NCBI GenBank assembly: GCA_050250895.1
Contig: JBFWNU010000005.1
Span: forward strand, 192,001-256,000
Length of the DNA stretch: 64,000 nucleotides
Direction: 5' to 3'
From: Vulcanimicrobiota bacterium
GTDB taxonomy: Bacteria; Vulcanimicrobiota; Xenobia; Xenobiales; JADMJV01
Positions 30,496-40,876 of the stretch are shown here, one piece after another. Position 1 is the stretch's first letter; every line of letters starts with the position of its first letter. A program made the translations under genes and the position numbers. The notes under the pieces were generated by a model. The model saw nothing but the letters and a program-made list of their open reading frames with translations, did no database searches and was not told the origin of the DNA.

Positions 30496-30720
30496 ATGCG
30501 GACCACCTTGAATATCGACGACGATGTTCTTTCTGCCGCGAGAGAGTTGGCGGATCGGCATCAGGTTTCGGTCGGAAAGGCCTTGTCGATGCTCGCCCGG
30601 CAGGCGATGACAACCCCCTGCTCTGGTGATACGAGGAATGGGTTTCCTCTCTTCCCCTTGCGTTCGGATTCGGGCATCGTCACTCCGGAATTGATCGCCG
30701 ATTTGCGCGATGAGCTATGA
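30496..30720 (+). CDS. vapB: VapB/CopG-type antitoxin
   Basis: MRTTLNIDDDVL...RNGFPLFP...VTPELI. Confidence 0.9.
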   Translation: MRTTLNIDDDVLSAARELADRHQVSVGKALSMLARQAMTTPCSGDTRNGFPLFPLRSDSGIVTPELIADLRDEL

Positions 30721-31141
30721 GTCGCTATCTCCTGGACGTGAATCTGATGCTGGCTCTTGCCGATCCGGCCCATGTGCATCACAACGAAGCGCACGGATGG
30801 TTCCGTGGGGTCGAGTCCAGGCTCTGGGCCACCTGCCCTCTGGTAGAGAATGGCTTCGTGAGAATCGCGAGTCACCCGCAGTACCCGAACTCTCCTGGGG
30901 ATACACAGGTCGCTCTAGGCTTGTTGCGAAGGATGTGCGCGAGTCCCGAGCACGAGTTTTGGCCTGACGAGGTTTCTCTGCGAGAAGTGATAGCGAGCTC
31001 GACCGTGCTCACCCATCGTCAGGTGGGCGATCTGTACCTTCTCGCCTGTCAATCCGCCGGGGTGGAAAACTGGCGACATTTGACCGCAAGGTTCCCGCCG
31101 CCTCGGTAGCGGGAGGCCCGGACGCTCTGGAGATTCTGTAG
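30717..31141 (+). CDS. vapC: VapC PIN toxin with frameshift near 31045 (missing base; error or pseudogene)
   Basis: LLDVNLMLAL, TCPLVENGFVRI; conserved tail GGKLATFDRKVP lies in another frame, stop at 31141. Confidence 0.85.
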
Positions 31142-31252
31142 GCGGCCCGCTCGGTCAGGGCTCGCTGCGGCAGCTAACAGAGCCAATTCACCTGGCAGCG
31201 CGCGACCGTAGAAACCCCAGGGAGGACCGGCGCGACTGCGAATCCAGCCCAC

Positions 31253-32575
31253 GTGGACGACAAGAACTTCCAGAGCTTTCTCGAGTATCAGCGAGGCCGT
31301 GGCGCGCTCGACTCTAGCGGGGCTTTCACCATCGATTACTCGAAAGCGCGGGTCAAGCTGGGGCGCTACCAGCTCGACGATCAGGCCGCCTATTTGCTCA
31401 AGCTGGTTCAGGCCGGAGTCGCTCTGGGGGCTAAAGAAATCGAGATTCGGGTGGCCACTCGCACCGTCGGGGTCGACTTTCTGGAGCCCGAGGCGAGTCT
31501 GAGCGCGGGAGAGGTGATCGAGCTCTTTCAGAAGCCTATCCTGGCCGGACGACCCAAAGCTCACGACTTTTTGGCCTCGGGTCTCAATGCCGCTCAGGCC
31601 AATCAGATCACCGTTCGCGACACCCGGGTCGGCTGGCGCTTAGGTCTGACCGAAGGAGTGGAACTGGTCGAAGAACAGCCGGACGAATCCCCTCGCCTGG
31701 CCATCGAAATCACCCGGCCCCGGAGCAGTCTCAATGCGGCCGCCCGGGCGGCCGAAGCGAAAGCTCTGACCGCTCGCTGCCAGTTTTGTCCGGTTCAGGT
31801 CAAGCTTGACGGCGTCTTTCTCAATCTGCTCTCGTCGGTTCCGTTTTACAACGATGCGCGCCACGCCGAGCTGCCCGGGCCGAGTCTGTACCTGGCCGAG
31901 GGCCTCAAGGTCGAGACCAATCTTTCGGGTCTGGGCCTGCCACCGCTGACCTCACGCCAACCTGGCATCGAGTATGTGGGCCAAACACGGATCGAGACCG
32001 GGGCGCGCTTTCCCGAGGTCTTCGTGGCTTGGCGCGATCAGCCCGTGGCTCCTCGCCTGGCCCGGGTCGAGTCGCTGGTGCTGATTCCCCGAACCTTGTT
32101 TGGAAAGGGGACGGTCCTGCTGGTGTCCCATGGCATCCTACTCGAACCCCGTCACTGCGAGCTTGGCTGCCCGGGCGCCCTGGCTGCCCTCTGCGTCGAT
32201 GATGTAGCTACCGACCTTTCGGGGCTGCAGCTGAGCGAGCCCATAGAGGACCGGCTCGAAGCGCTCCGGCAGATCGGCCTACATCTGGTGGAACTGATTC
32301 ACCAGGAGCTGCCCAATCTAAATCTAGCCGTGACCGAAGGGCACTATATCTTGCCTCGGTCGCTGGTAGGAGGGTTGTTGAGCCTGGGCTTGAGCTGGTT
32401 TGGCGGACCGCTGGCCCCGTTAATCGGCAGCTGGGCCCTGGTCAAAGGCGTGGTGGCTGGCACGCTCGGCTCGTGGGCTTACAACCGAGGCACCGGTGCC
32501 AACCAGAAACTGACTCGCCTGATCCGCCAGGAGATCGAAGACCATCTTCCCCGGCCTACAGAGCCAGAGTCTTGA
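31253..32575 (+). CDS. Hypothetical protein, GHKL/HSP90-N-like N-terminus, C-terminal TM
   Basis: SSGAFTIDYSKARVKLGRYQL...LLKLVQAGV; paralog of 34098. Confidence 0.7.
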   Translation: MDDKNFQSFLEYQRGRGALDSSGAFTIDYSKARVKLGRYQLDDQAAYLLKLVQAGVALGAKEIEIRVATRTVGVDFLEPEASLSAGEVIELFQKPILAGRPKAHDFLASGLNAAQANQITVRDTRVGWRLGLTEGVELVEEQPDESPRLAIEITRPRSSLNAAARAAEAKALTARCQFCPVQVKLDGVFLNLLSSVPFYNDARHAELPGPSLYLAEGLKVETNLSGLGLPPLTSRQPGIEYVGQTRIETGARFPEVFVAWRDQPVAPRLARVESLVLIPRTLFGKGTVLLVSHGILLEPRHCELGCPGALAALCVDDVATDLSGLQLSEPIEDRLEALRQIGLHLVELIHQELPNLNLAVTEGHYILPRSLVGGLLSLGLSWFGGPLAPLIGSWALVKGVVAGTLGSWAYNRGTGANQKLTRLIRQEIEDHLPRPTEPES

Positions 32576-32915
32576 GGTCACCCAGCCGGATGTGTTCTAA
32601 GGCCGAGATGTGGGTGGCCTCGAGGCGCACGGGCGGTGCCACTCCGGCATCGAAGGCCTCTTGCCAACGCATGGCGCACAGGCACCAACAATCGCCGGGT
32701 CTAAGTCCCGCAAAGCCGAATTCGGGCCGGGGGGTCGACAAGTCGTTGCCCCGACTCTGGGAGAAGACCAGAAACTCTTCGGTCATGCGAGCGCAGACCA
32801 GATGCAGGCCAAAGTCCTGGGGACCGGTGCGGCAGCAGCCGTCGCGATAGAAGCCGGTCAACGGATCCAGCGAGCAGTCTTCGAGGTCGGTGCCGAGCAC
32901 GTTCTTGGGTCTCAT
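32556..32915 (-). CDS. DUF2237 family protein
   Basis: NVLG..L..CS.DPLTGFYRDGCC, GDCWCLCAMRW. Confidence 0.92.
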   Translation of the reverse strand: MRPKNVLGTDLEDCSLDPLTGFYRDGCCRTGPQDFGLHLVCARMTEEFLVFSQSRGNDLSTPRPEFGFAGLRPGDCWCLCAMRWQEAFDAGVAPPVRLEATHISALEHIRLGDLKTLAL

Positions 32916-34036
32916 CTTGAAGCCGCCCCCGCCAGTTGCTGGTAGGCCCGGCTCAGGTTGGCGACGGCCGTGGCTACCTCGGCTTCGGTGGTGAACCGAC
33001 CCAGCGATAGACGCACGGCTCCGCGGGCTCGTTCGGCCGAGATGCCCATGGCCTTGAGCACGGGCGAGACCTCGCCGGAGTGACAGGCGGCCCCCGTCGA
33101 AGCGGCGATGCCGGCCTCTTCGAGCAGGCGGGTGCCCTGCATCCCTGCGAAGCTGACATTGAGCGTGTTGGGTAGTCGATGCTCAGGGTGGCCATTAAGT
33201 TGGACCCGCCCCCCCAGGGCCTCTCGAAGCCCATCCCAGAGGATGTCGCGAAGTCGGGACGAGGTGGGCAGGCCGTGCTCGGACGCCAATCGAGCCGCCT
33301 CGCCCAGAGCGATGATGCCGTGGCTGTTGAGAGTGCCACCGCGCAGGCCGCGTTCGTGGCCGGCTCCGTGCAAAAGCGGTGAGATCTCGACGCCGTCGCG
33401 CAGATAAAGGGCCCCGCAGCCTTTGGGAGCGTAAAACTTATGACCGGCCACGGTGAGCAGGTCGACCCCCAGCTCGTCGACTCGAGTGGTGACTTTGCCC
33501 ACTGCCTGGGAGGCATCGCAATGGAAGAGCGCCCCCCGGGAGTGTGCCAGGGAGGCCAGTTCGGCGATCGGTTGCAGGGTGCCCACCTCGTTTTGCGCCT
33601 GCATGATACTGACCAGGATGGTATCGTCACGAAGGGCCGCCGCCAGGTCTGACGGCGAGACGCGTCCGAACTCGTCCACCGGCAGATAAGTAACCTCGAA
33701 TCCGAAGCGAGCCAGGAACTCCATCGGCAGGCGGACGGCGGCGTGGTCGACCACACTGGTGATGAGGTGGCGGCCTTTGTCCTGATGGGCCCAGGCGATG
33801 CCTTTGACGGCCAGGTTGTTGGACTCGGTGCCGCCACCGGTGAAGAGGATTTCGTTGGGACTGGCGGCTAGAAGTTCGGCCAGCTGGGTCCGGGCCGTCT
33901 CGACCCGCTCTCGCACCGCCAGGCCCGGGGCGTGCGAACTGGTTGGATTGGCCGACGATTCTCGCATGACCTGACCGACCAGCTCGATGATGGTCGGGTC
34001 GACCGGGGTGGTGGCGTTGTAGTCGAGGTAAATCAT
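32912..34036 (-). CDS. iscS: Cysteine desulfurase (IscS/NifS family)
   Basis: YLDYNATTP, AGHKFYAPKG, STGAACHS. Confidence 0.9.
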   Translation of the reverse strand: MIYLDYNATTPVDPTIIELVGQVMRESSANPTSSHAPGLAVRERVETARTQLAELLAASPNEILFTGGGTESNNLAVKGIAWAHQDKGRHLITSVVDHAAVRLPMEFLARFGFEVTYLPVDEFGRVSPSDLAAALRDDTILVSIMQAQNEVGTLQPIAELASLAHSRGALFHCDASQAVGKVTTRVDELGVDLLTVAGHKFYAPKGCGALYLRDGVEISPLLHGAGHERGLRGGTLNSHGIIALGEAARLASEHGLPTSSRLRDILWDGLREALGGRVQLNGHPEHRLPNTLNVSFAGMQGTRLLEEAGIAASTGAACHSGEVSPVLKAMGISAERARGAVRLSLGRFTTEAEVATAVANLSRAYQQLAGAASR

Positions 34037-34097
34037 TGGCCAGCGCTTCTACGACTGGAGCCGGAGGCCTGCCCGTTCGGGTCTCGAAGGCTGCTCG

Positions 34098-35453
34098 ATG
34101 AAGTCCTCACGCCACTCTCAACTCGAAGACTTTCTGGCCAGCCAGCGCCCGGGGGAGACCGAATCTCAGGGCGTGTTCACCCTGGCTCGCGACGAGGCCC
34201 TGCGCAAGTTGGCCTCGTTCCGCCTACCCTTTGATGGCGCCTGGGCTCTCAAGCTAGTCCAGGCGGCTGTGGCCGGCGGCGCCGGCTCGATCGAGGTTCG
34301 TCAAAGTTCACGAGAGACGACCTTTCGTTTCGGGGGCGATCTCTGCCTGGAACGATTCGAGGCAGCCTTCTTCAATCCCGAACCCAGTGGCATTCAGGCT
34401 CTCGACCACCTGCTGGCGGGCTTGTGGACGGTGGCCCTGGGAGAGCAACGTCCGTTCGAACTGCTTTGGCCTGGTCAGGACGAATCGCTCGTCTGGGCAG
34501 GCGGCGAATTCCTGCATCGTCGCTCAGGCCAGCGCGAGAAGAAGGTGAGATTGACGATAAGCCACCGTCAGGCCAACATTCCCGGGCTGGGCCAACTGCA
34601 GGCGGCTCAACGCAATGGCGAGGTGCTCAAGGCTCTCACCGAAAGGGCCTACGTTTGTCCGGTGCCGCTGACGGTGGACAATCGCCGCCTGGACAGCCTG
34701 TGGTTGTGCCCCGACCACGGATTGTCTAGCCGAAGCCACTGCCTGGGTCTGGGCTGGGCCAAGGCCGACAGTCCGGCCTTTGAATTGCCGCTGGGCACCT
34801 TCGAGGGCCTTGTTCCCGACGAACAAGCGCGCAAGAAGGCTGGCGAGCAAGCGGCCGCGCGGGCCCTCGAGCAGGTCGAATACACCACCAGTCCGGGAGC
34901 CATCTCGGTTGCCTGGTTGGCCAGCGTGCACTTCCATCTAGCCCGCAAAGGGAGGCATAAGATCTGGACCCAGGCCTATCAGAACAGCCAGGTCCACTGG
35001 ATCCTCGACGGGGTGGTCATCGCCACCCAGGATCTGGCCATGGGAGAGCGCTCCTTTTCGTTGGGCGTCTTCGCTTCGGCCGCCGGTTTGGGACTGGACA
35101 TTACCGGCTTTGGATTGATCGCTTCCGAGGCGCGCGACCAGCGATTGGCCAGCGCCTGCTCGGCCATTGGGGAGGGGGTGGAGTCGGTTCCCGAGGTGGA
35201 TCTGACCGCCTTGATCGCGTCGGCCCAGCGCTCCGGCCTTTGGTTGGGTAGCGCCATGGTGGTCGGCGGGGTGTTGGTGCTGGCCATGAGCCCGCTGCAT
35301 TCGTTCTTTCTCGGGGTGGTCGGCTCGGCTCTGATTAAAAAATCCGGCACCGCCATCAAAGATGTCGAGGCGGGGCTCAAGAGAGCCCGGAGTGACTTCT
35401 TGACCAGTTGGAAGCGAGATTACTCAGAGGCCAGATCGCGCCAAGAATTTTGA
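34098..35453 (+). CDS. Hypothetical protein, GHKL-like N-terminus, C-terminal TM (paralog of 31253)
   Basis: SQGVFTLARDEALRKLASFRL...LKLVQAAV; CPVPLTVD. Confidence 0.7.
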   Translation: MKSSRHSQLEDFLASQRPGETESQGVFTLARDEALRKLASFRLPFDGAWALKLVQAAVAGGAGSIEVRQSSRETTFRFGGDLCLERFEAAFFNPEPSGIQALDHLLAGLWTVALGEQRPFELLWPGQDESLVWAGGEFLHRRSGQREKKVRLTISHRQANIPGLGQLQAAQRNGEVLKALTERAYVCPVPLTVDNRRLDSLWLCPDHGLSSRSHCLGLGWAKADSPAFELPLGTFEGLVPDEQARKKAGEQAAARALEQVEYTTSPGAISVAWLASVHFHLARKGRHKIWTQAYQNSQVHWILDGVVIATQDLAMGERSFSLGVFASAAGLGLDITGFGLIASEARDQRLASACSAIGEGVESVPEVDLTALIASAQRSGLWLGSAMVVGGVLVLAMSPLHSFFLGVVGSALIKKSGTAIKDVEAGLKRARSDFLTSWKRDYSEARSRQEF

Positions 35454-35466
35454 CGGGCCTGAGCCT

Positions 35467-36423
35467 TCAGACGGCGGGTAGCAAATCGGCGATGGCGGCG
35501 GTCACCTCAGCCGCGCTCTGATAACGTTGCTCGGGATCTTTGGCCAGCAGTTTCATGACGATGGCCTCGAGCCTGGGGTCGACCGCCATGTCGTGGGACA
35601 GGCTCACCGGCGCCGCCTTGCGATGCATCATCAGCACGGCCTTGGGACTCTCGCCGGCAAAAGGGGGAGCCCCCGATAACATCTCGTAGAACACACAGCC
35701 CAGTGAATAGAGGTCAGAGCGAGGGTCGTTCTCGGAGCCGGAGGTGCGCTCGGGGGCCAGATACTCGGGTGTGCCCAGGCGCATGGCCTTGTTGAGGAAG
35801 CGGCGATCGCTGCGGCAGAAGACGGTGGACACGCCAAAATCCATGACCTTCACGCGGCGATTGTTGGTGACGAAGATGTTGCGGGGCGAGACATCGCGGT
35901 GGATGACCCCGCGATGGTGGGCCCACCCCAGCGCGTCGGCCGCCGAGCGGGCAATTTGTGCCGCTTCGATGGCCGGCAGGCTCCCCTTTTGCTTGAGCAG
36001 GGTGCGCAGGTCCTGGCCCTCGAGAAATTCCATGGCGAAGAACGGGATTCTGGGAAACTTCTCGGCCTGATACTCGCCCACCGACAGCACCTTGACGATC
36101 GAGGGGTGGCGCAGGGTCATTCCGATCTCGGCCTCGCGCGAGAACGAGGCGATGAACTCCTTATCCTTGAGTTGCTCGCGGTGGGGGATCTTGACGGCCA
36201 CCAGTTCGCCAGCGCCGTCGAGGGCCTGGTAGACGGTGGCGGTGCCTCCGTCAGCCAGGGCTTCTCCGAGCAACAAACCGTCGACCCGGCGGTCGGGCGG
36301 CAAGGGGGCGCGGGGATTGGAGAACTCGCGCGGAGTGTGGCGGGCGAAGGTGCGAATGAACAACACCAGCCCCCCCAGAAATACCAGTAGTTTACTAAGG
36401 ACCTCGGGTTGGAATTCGTTCAC
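35467..36423 (-). CDS. Hanks-type Ser/Thr protein kinase with N-terminal TM
   Basis: VAVK, HRDVSPRN, DFG, GTPEYLAPE, SDLYSLG. Confidence 0.93.
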   Translation of the reverse strand: MNEFQPEVLSKLLVFLGGLVLFIRTFARHTPREFSNPRAPLPPDRRVDGLLLGEALADGGTATVYQALDGAGELVAVKIPHREQLKDKEFIASFSREAEIGMTLRHPSIVKVLSVGEYQAEKFPRIPFFAMEFLEGQDLRTLLKQKGSLPAIEAAQIARSAADALGWAHHRGVIHRDVSPRNIFVTNNRRVKVMDFGVSTVFCRSDRRFLNKAMRLGTPEYLAPERTSGSENDPRSDLYSLGCVFYEMLSGAPPFAGESPKAVLMMHRKAAPVSLSHDMAVDPRLEAIVMKLLAKDPEQRYQSAAEVTAAIADLLPAV

Positions 36424-37862
36424 CGAGGACCAACCTCGACCAGCGTCGCCTCGATGCCGGGAGCCAGGTTGAGCCTGTCGCCCACCTCGACCTTGATATC
36501 CTGGCCTCGTAGCGCCGACTGGCCGTTGACCGAAGCGCGAATGGCCAGGTGTTTGTGGCGATAAAAGACACCCTCTTCGCGCACTTCGAGCTGGCCGTGA
36601 ATGGGCCCCAGGCGACGGTCCTGAATGCGAACCTCACAGTGGGCGCTGTAGCCGACCAGGTTGACAGCACGACTCAAGGGCATGATCTGGTCGTCATAGG
36701 CAAGTCCATAATGCTGCACCGACTCTTGGACACCCAGTTGTTCGTAGCTGAAGATGCTCTGACCGAGACGGAAGTTGTCCCCCGACATCAGCAAGGCTTC
36801 TTCGAAGGGCTCGACCTCACGCCAATTGTGTCCCACGGGCTGGTCCGAGAGGTTCTTGAGGGTGACCCGTCCACTGGCAAAGCTGATCTCGACCTGACCA
36901 GCCTCGGGGTCGGTCAGTTCGAGCGAGGCCATGGGGTGGGATTGGGCTCGGGCAATCACCAGCGGACCGGCCAGGGTCACCGGGTCGATAAACAGACAAG
37001 ACCCCTTGGCCGAACCCTCGGTGCCCCGGATGCAGTGCTGCTCGCCCAGGCTCCACAGGTCTTCGGTGTCCAGGCGCAGACCGGACTGCAGAGGGTGGCA
37101 CTCGCGCCCGCTCTTGACGGCTGCGGCCATACCCCCGGCCCGCTCGCTGGTGCAGGGGGCCAGGGCCACCCCGCCCAGCACCAGCAGATTATCCGATGAC
37201 AACCGGACCGGAGTATCCGCGGTCAAACGTTGAACCCGAACCAGGCCGGGCGAAGCCTTGAGCACCGCCGGGCTTTCTCCACCCGCCGGGCTGGCCCAGA
37301 AGGCGCCGTGAAGATAGCCGAGCAGGGCAATGCTCTCGCTGGGCTGCTCGAGGGGGATGCGCAACAGCGGAGAGGGTCCCGAGCCATCACCCCCGACCAA
37401 AAACCGATCATAGTTGAGGGGATGCAAGTCACCAGCCTGGGGTCCGTTGAGCACCAGCAGATGCAATCCAGTGTGGACGGGTCTAGAGATCTCGGGACCC
37501 TTCGGTCGATTAGCCGGGTCACCCACTTTGAGTTCAAAGACTAGATGGCCAAGCTTGACCCGGTCACCAACCTTTAGATAGACGGGGTCGACCACCTGGC
37601 TGCCATTATGGATGGTCGGGTTGGTCCGCGAACGATGCGCCAGTCGGTATTTGCGCTCGTTCTGTTCCCACTCGAGCACGGCGTGAACCCGCGAGACGGT
37701 AGGCTCGGGAAAGGTCACCACCCCGGCCGTGGGCTCGTCGCTGGGGTCATGGCGGCCCAGGGTGACCCGAGAATGGCTCAGGTAGTGGCGGGAGCCTGAG
37801 CCGCCGCCCTCGAGCACCACCAATTCGAGTCCAGAGTCGAAGGGCTCACCGGTAAAGGCCAT
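36420..37862 (-). CDS. Multi-FHA domain protein
   Basis: TLGR...VSRVHA...SRTNPT; further degenerate FHA-like units. Confidence 0.8.
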   Translation of the reverse strand: MAFTGEPFDSGLELVVLEGGGSGSRHYLSHSRVTLGRHDPSDEPTAGVVTFPEPTVSRVHAVLEWEQNERKYRLAHRSRTNPTIHNGSQVVDPVYLKVGDRVKLGHLVFELKVGDPANRPKGPEISRPVHTGLHLLVLNGPQAGDLHPLNYDRFLVGGDGSGPSPLLRIPLEQPSESIALLGYLHGAFWASPAGGESPAVLKASPGLVRVQRLTADTPVRLSSDNLLVLGGVALAPCTSERAGGMAAAVKSGRECHPLQSGLRLDTEDLWSLGEQHCIRGTEGSAKGSCLFIDPVTLAGPLVIARAQSHPMASLELTDPEAGQVEISFASGRVTLKNLSDQPVGHNWREVEPFEEALLMSGDNFRLGQSIFSYEQLGVQESVQHYGLAYDDQIMPLSRAVNLVGYSAHCEVRIQDRRLGPIHGQLEVREEGVFYRHKHLAIRASVNGQSALRGQDIKVEVGDRLNLAPGIEATLVEVGPR

Positions 37863-39210
37863 GCTTAACGCTTTTACCTCTCCCCTCAAGCCATTCCTGC
37901 GAAAGGCGGGAGGCCTGGCGACCCAAAAGATAGACGGGATCCCAGAGGGGGGCCAGGGGTGGCGTGTAGACGAGGTCGAGCCGTTCGAGGGCCGACCAGT
38001 CGAGTTCCGCCTCGATGGCGGTTGCCAGCAGGTCGATGCGTCCAGCCACCCCTTCGTCGCCCACTCCCTGAGCGCCGAGAATGCGCCCGCCCGCATCGAA
38101 TACCAGGCTGAAGGCGGCTCTCTGGTCGCCCAGATAGCTGGCCCGCGTTGGCGATTCGAGTTCGACCCGCTCGGCCCGGTAACCGAGTTGGGTGGCCGCT
38201 TCGAGGGTCAGTCCGACGCTGGCCACTTCCAAACCGAACACCTTTACGGCCACGTTTCCGAGGCTGCCTCCAAACCGCTGGTGGTGGCCCAGGGCGTTCT
38301 GGGCGGCCAGGCGACCCAGGCGGGCCGCGGTGGTCGCCAGGGGCAGATAGCTGGCTTTGCCGGTGACGCGATGCTCGACCTCTACTCCGTCTCCGGCGGC
38401 CCACACCCGATCCAGGCTGGTCTGGGCTCGCTGGTCGACGCGCACGGCGCCACTTTCGCCGGGCCGGGCCCCGGCCGCGGTCAGGAGTTCTGCATTCGGT
38501 TCGACCCCGGTTGCCAGCATGAAGAGGTCACCGGGCAGGTGACCTCCTTCCAGTTCGACCTCGTCGCGGGCGATACCGCGGCAGCCAGTGCCCAGCCGCA
38601 GGCTGATGCCCGCGCGTTGCATCCGTTGAGCGAGGATGGCGTGCAAGGAGCGGGGCAGGTCGAAAAAGCTCTCTTTTTGCTCCACCAGCGTGATCGGGAG
38701 GCCTCTTCGATGGAAGGCTTCGGCCATGGATAGACCCAGGTATCCCCCGCCCACGATCACGGCCTGGGTCGGCCTCTGGGATAGTCGAATCAACAGGCGA
38801 CGGGCGTCTTCGAGGGTGTTGAGCGAAAAGGCCAGCCGGGCCCCGGGCAGGTCGCGGCGGGGGCGGCCGCCCACGGCCACGATCAAGCCGTCGTATCCGA
38901 CTTCGCGCTCGAGGCCACGAGGCAGACTGCGACAGAGCACGGTCCTGGCCCGCGGCTCGAGCAAGACGGCCTCGTGCTCGGTTAATAGTTCGAGGCCCAA
39001 CTCTTCGACCAGGTAGGTCGGGGTGGCGGCCAGCAACTGGCTTTCGTGAGCGAGTTCGCCCGAGATCAGGTAGGGTAGGCCGCAAAGGCCTACCGAAACC
39101 TCGGGAAATCGCTCGATCACGGTAATCCTTGCCTCGGGATCGAGGCGCCTGGCTCGGGTGGCGGCGGCCATCCCGGCCGCACCTCCACCGATGATGACCA
39201 GTCTCTTCAC
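37846..39210 (-). CDS. CoA-disulfide reductase / NADH oxidase family flavoprotein
   Basis: IIGGGAAG, CGLPY, GGGYLG, WAAGD, YTPPLAPLWDP. Confidence 0.9.
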   Translation of the reverse strand: MKRLVIIGGGAAGMAAATRARRLDPEARITVIERFPEVSVGLCGLPYLISGELAHESQLLAATPTYLVEELGLELLTEHEAVLLEPRARTVLCRSLPRGLEREVGYDGLIVAVGGRPRRDLPGARLAFSLNTLEDARRLLIRLSQRPTQAVIVGGGYLGLSMAEAFHRRGLPITLVEQKESFFDLPRSLHAILAQRMQRAGISLRLGTGCRGIARDEVELEGGHLPGDLFMLATGVEPNAELLTAAGARPGESGAVRVDQRAQTSLDRVWAAGDGVEVEHRVTGKASYLPLATTAARLGRLAAQNALGHHQRFGGSLGNVAVKVFGLEVASVGLTLEAATQLGYRAERVELESPTRASYLGDQRAAFSLVFDAGGRILGAQGVGDEGVAGRIDLLATAIEAELDWSALERLDLVYTPPLAPLWDPVYLLGRQASRLSQEWLEGRGKSVKHGLYR

Positions 39211-39327
39211 CCCCAGCGTTTCCCGATCGCCGGGCCGCCTCCTGGTGAAGGGATCATAAGAAAAAGCCCGGCCTTGCGACACCGGGCAGAGAACAACGAC
39301 TCGGAGGCCATCCTAACGCCGATAGTT

Positions 39328-40041
39328 CTAACTCTTGAAAAAGCTCCTGAAGAAGCCCACGATGCGTCCGAAGAAACCTGGCTCGGGCTCGGGCGGCCTG
39401 GCCGGAGGACTGGCCGCCGGCACCTCGGGCTTGGCCGGTTCGATGCGAGGGGGGAGCAGCTCGGCCGCGGGCAGCCCGGGCTGAGCCTCGACCTCGACAG
39501 CGGAGAGTTCTTCGGGCATGGGCACGATGACTGGATGTTCGCGAGATTCGTAGATGGCGGGCAGGTTGCGACCGCGGGCGATGACCTCATCGACATCGTC
39601 GACCAGTTCAGCCAATTCTCGTTTGAGGTGAGGATAGGCGATGGGGCCCACCCGCATCACCCCATCGGCGGCACCGATGGTGGCTTGCTCGGTGGCGCGG
39701 CGGTGGTTCATGCCGACTTTCTGCGCGGTCACGGCGGTGGCTTCGACCGAGGCCTTGCCGGCCTGGATGACGTTGCCCCAACGTCGGGCCACCGTGAGCA
39801 CAGCCATTTCTGAGGCGGCCCGAATCTTGAGCTCCCCATCTTTTTGATGACTCAGCCCCTCGACCACGCTGGTAATGACCCGTTTGGTGACCTCACTGAC
39901 GCTCTCGCCACGATCGAGAGAAGCGTTCAGGATGTCCTCGACGGTCAGTTCCAGTGACTCGTTGACTAGTGACGATTTGAGCAGCTCGCGAATCTCGCTT
40001 TTGCCGCCGGAGTTGTCCGATTCCATAGAAGAAATCTCCAC
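39328..40041 (-). CDS. Hypothetical protein
   Basis: Helical protein with Pro-rich tail and amphipathic C-terminus. Confidence 0.65.
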   Translation of the reverse strand: MEISSMESDNSGGKSEIRELLKSSLVNESLELTVEDILNASLDRGESVSEVTKRVITSVVEGLSHQKDGELKIRAASEMAVLTVARRWGNVIQAGKASVEATAVTAQKVGMNHRRATEQATIGAADGVMRVGPIAYPHLKRELAELVDDVDEVIARGRNLPAIYESREHPVIVPMPEELSAVEVEAQPGLPAAELLPPRIEPAKPEVPAASPPARPPEPEPGFFGRIVGFFRSFFKS

Positions 40042-40192
40042 CTGTTTTGAATTTTATTCTAGCTCCCGGATCGGCTTCCTCCTGGATTTCCCTCGACTGG
40101 GAAAGGGGGCAAGAAAGGGTGGTCTCGAAGGAGATGATCTCGGAAAAGCGAACGACCTCGCTCCGAGTGGCTTGTAATCGCTGATAGATGGC

Positions 40193-40873
40193 TTGCCCCA
40201 GAACACAGAAATGCTGGGTAGATGGTTAGAATCTTTTAAGGCTCTGTTTTCGCGTTCTTCTGAGAACGCCGCTCCCCTCGACTACGGTAGCGGGCGCATC
40301 GAAGAGAAAGTGACGACGCGAGAAGAACTAGATGCTCCGGGCGGACCCGTGACCGCCTGTGAGGCGTTTGGCGTTGTCGTGGAAATTGCCAGGGCCTATG
40401 ACGAGCAAGCACGTCTTACCAGGGTCTCGAGCGGTCCGGGCCTCGACGAGCAAGGCCGGACCACGCTCTGGACCTTCCAGTATCAATTCCCCAACCGCTG
40501 GGCTCAGGCCGTCCTCTCGGTCCACACCGGACCACCCGGCACCAAGCCTGGTTCACCCGATGAGTTTCTTGAAGTCAATGTGACCCCGTTCCCCGCCCCG
40601 GGCAGTGCCATGGCCAAGATGCTGGCTGAGGGCCAGAGCGGCTTTGTCGAGCAGCAGTGGAAGGTCGAACTCGAGCGTCACGCCCCTCTGGCCGAGAAAT
40701 TCCGCGACAGTAGCGAAGTCTTTCAAGCCTGGATTAGCGACGGCTTGAGTCTGGCCACACTTGGCCCCGGGGTGCGTCTAGAAGGGATGACCTTGCCCCT
40801 GGGTGGGGCCGTATGGAGGTTGAGTGATCCCTCGTCGGGGAAGAAGAACCTCCGAGAGGCTCCATTCGTCTAG
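40193..40873 (+). CDS. Hypothetical protein
   Basis: Plausible ORF heading a 3-gene operon. Confidence 0.6.
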   Translation: MPQNTEMLGRWLESFKALFSRSSENAAPLDYGSGRIEEKVTTREELDAPGGPVTACEAFGVVVEIARAYDEQARLTRVSSGPGLDEQGRTTLWTFQYQFPNRWAQAVLSVHTGPPGTKPGSPDEFLEVNVTPFPAPGSAMAKMLAEGQSGFVEQQWKVELERHAPLAEKFRDSSEVFQAWISDGLSLATLGPGVRLEGMTLPLGGAVWRLSDPSSGKKNLREAPFV

Positions 40874-40876
40874 ACC

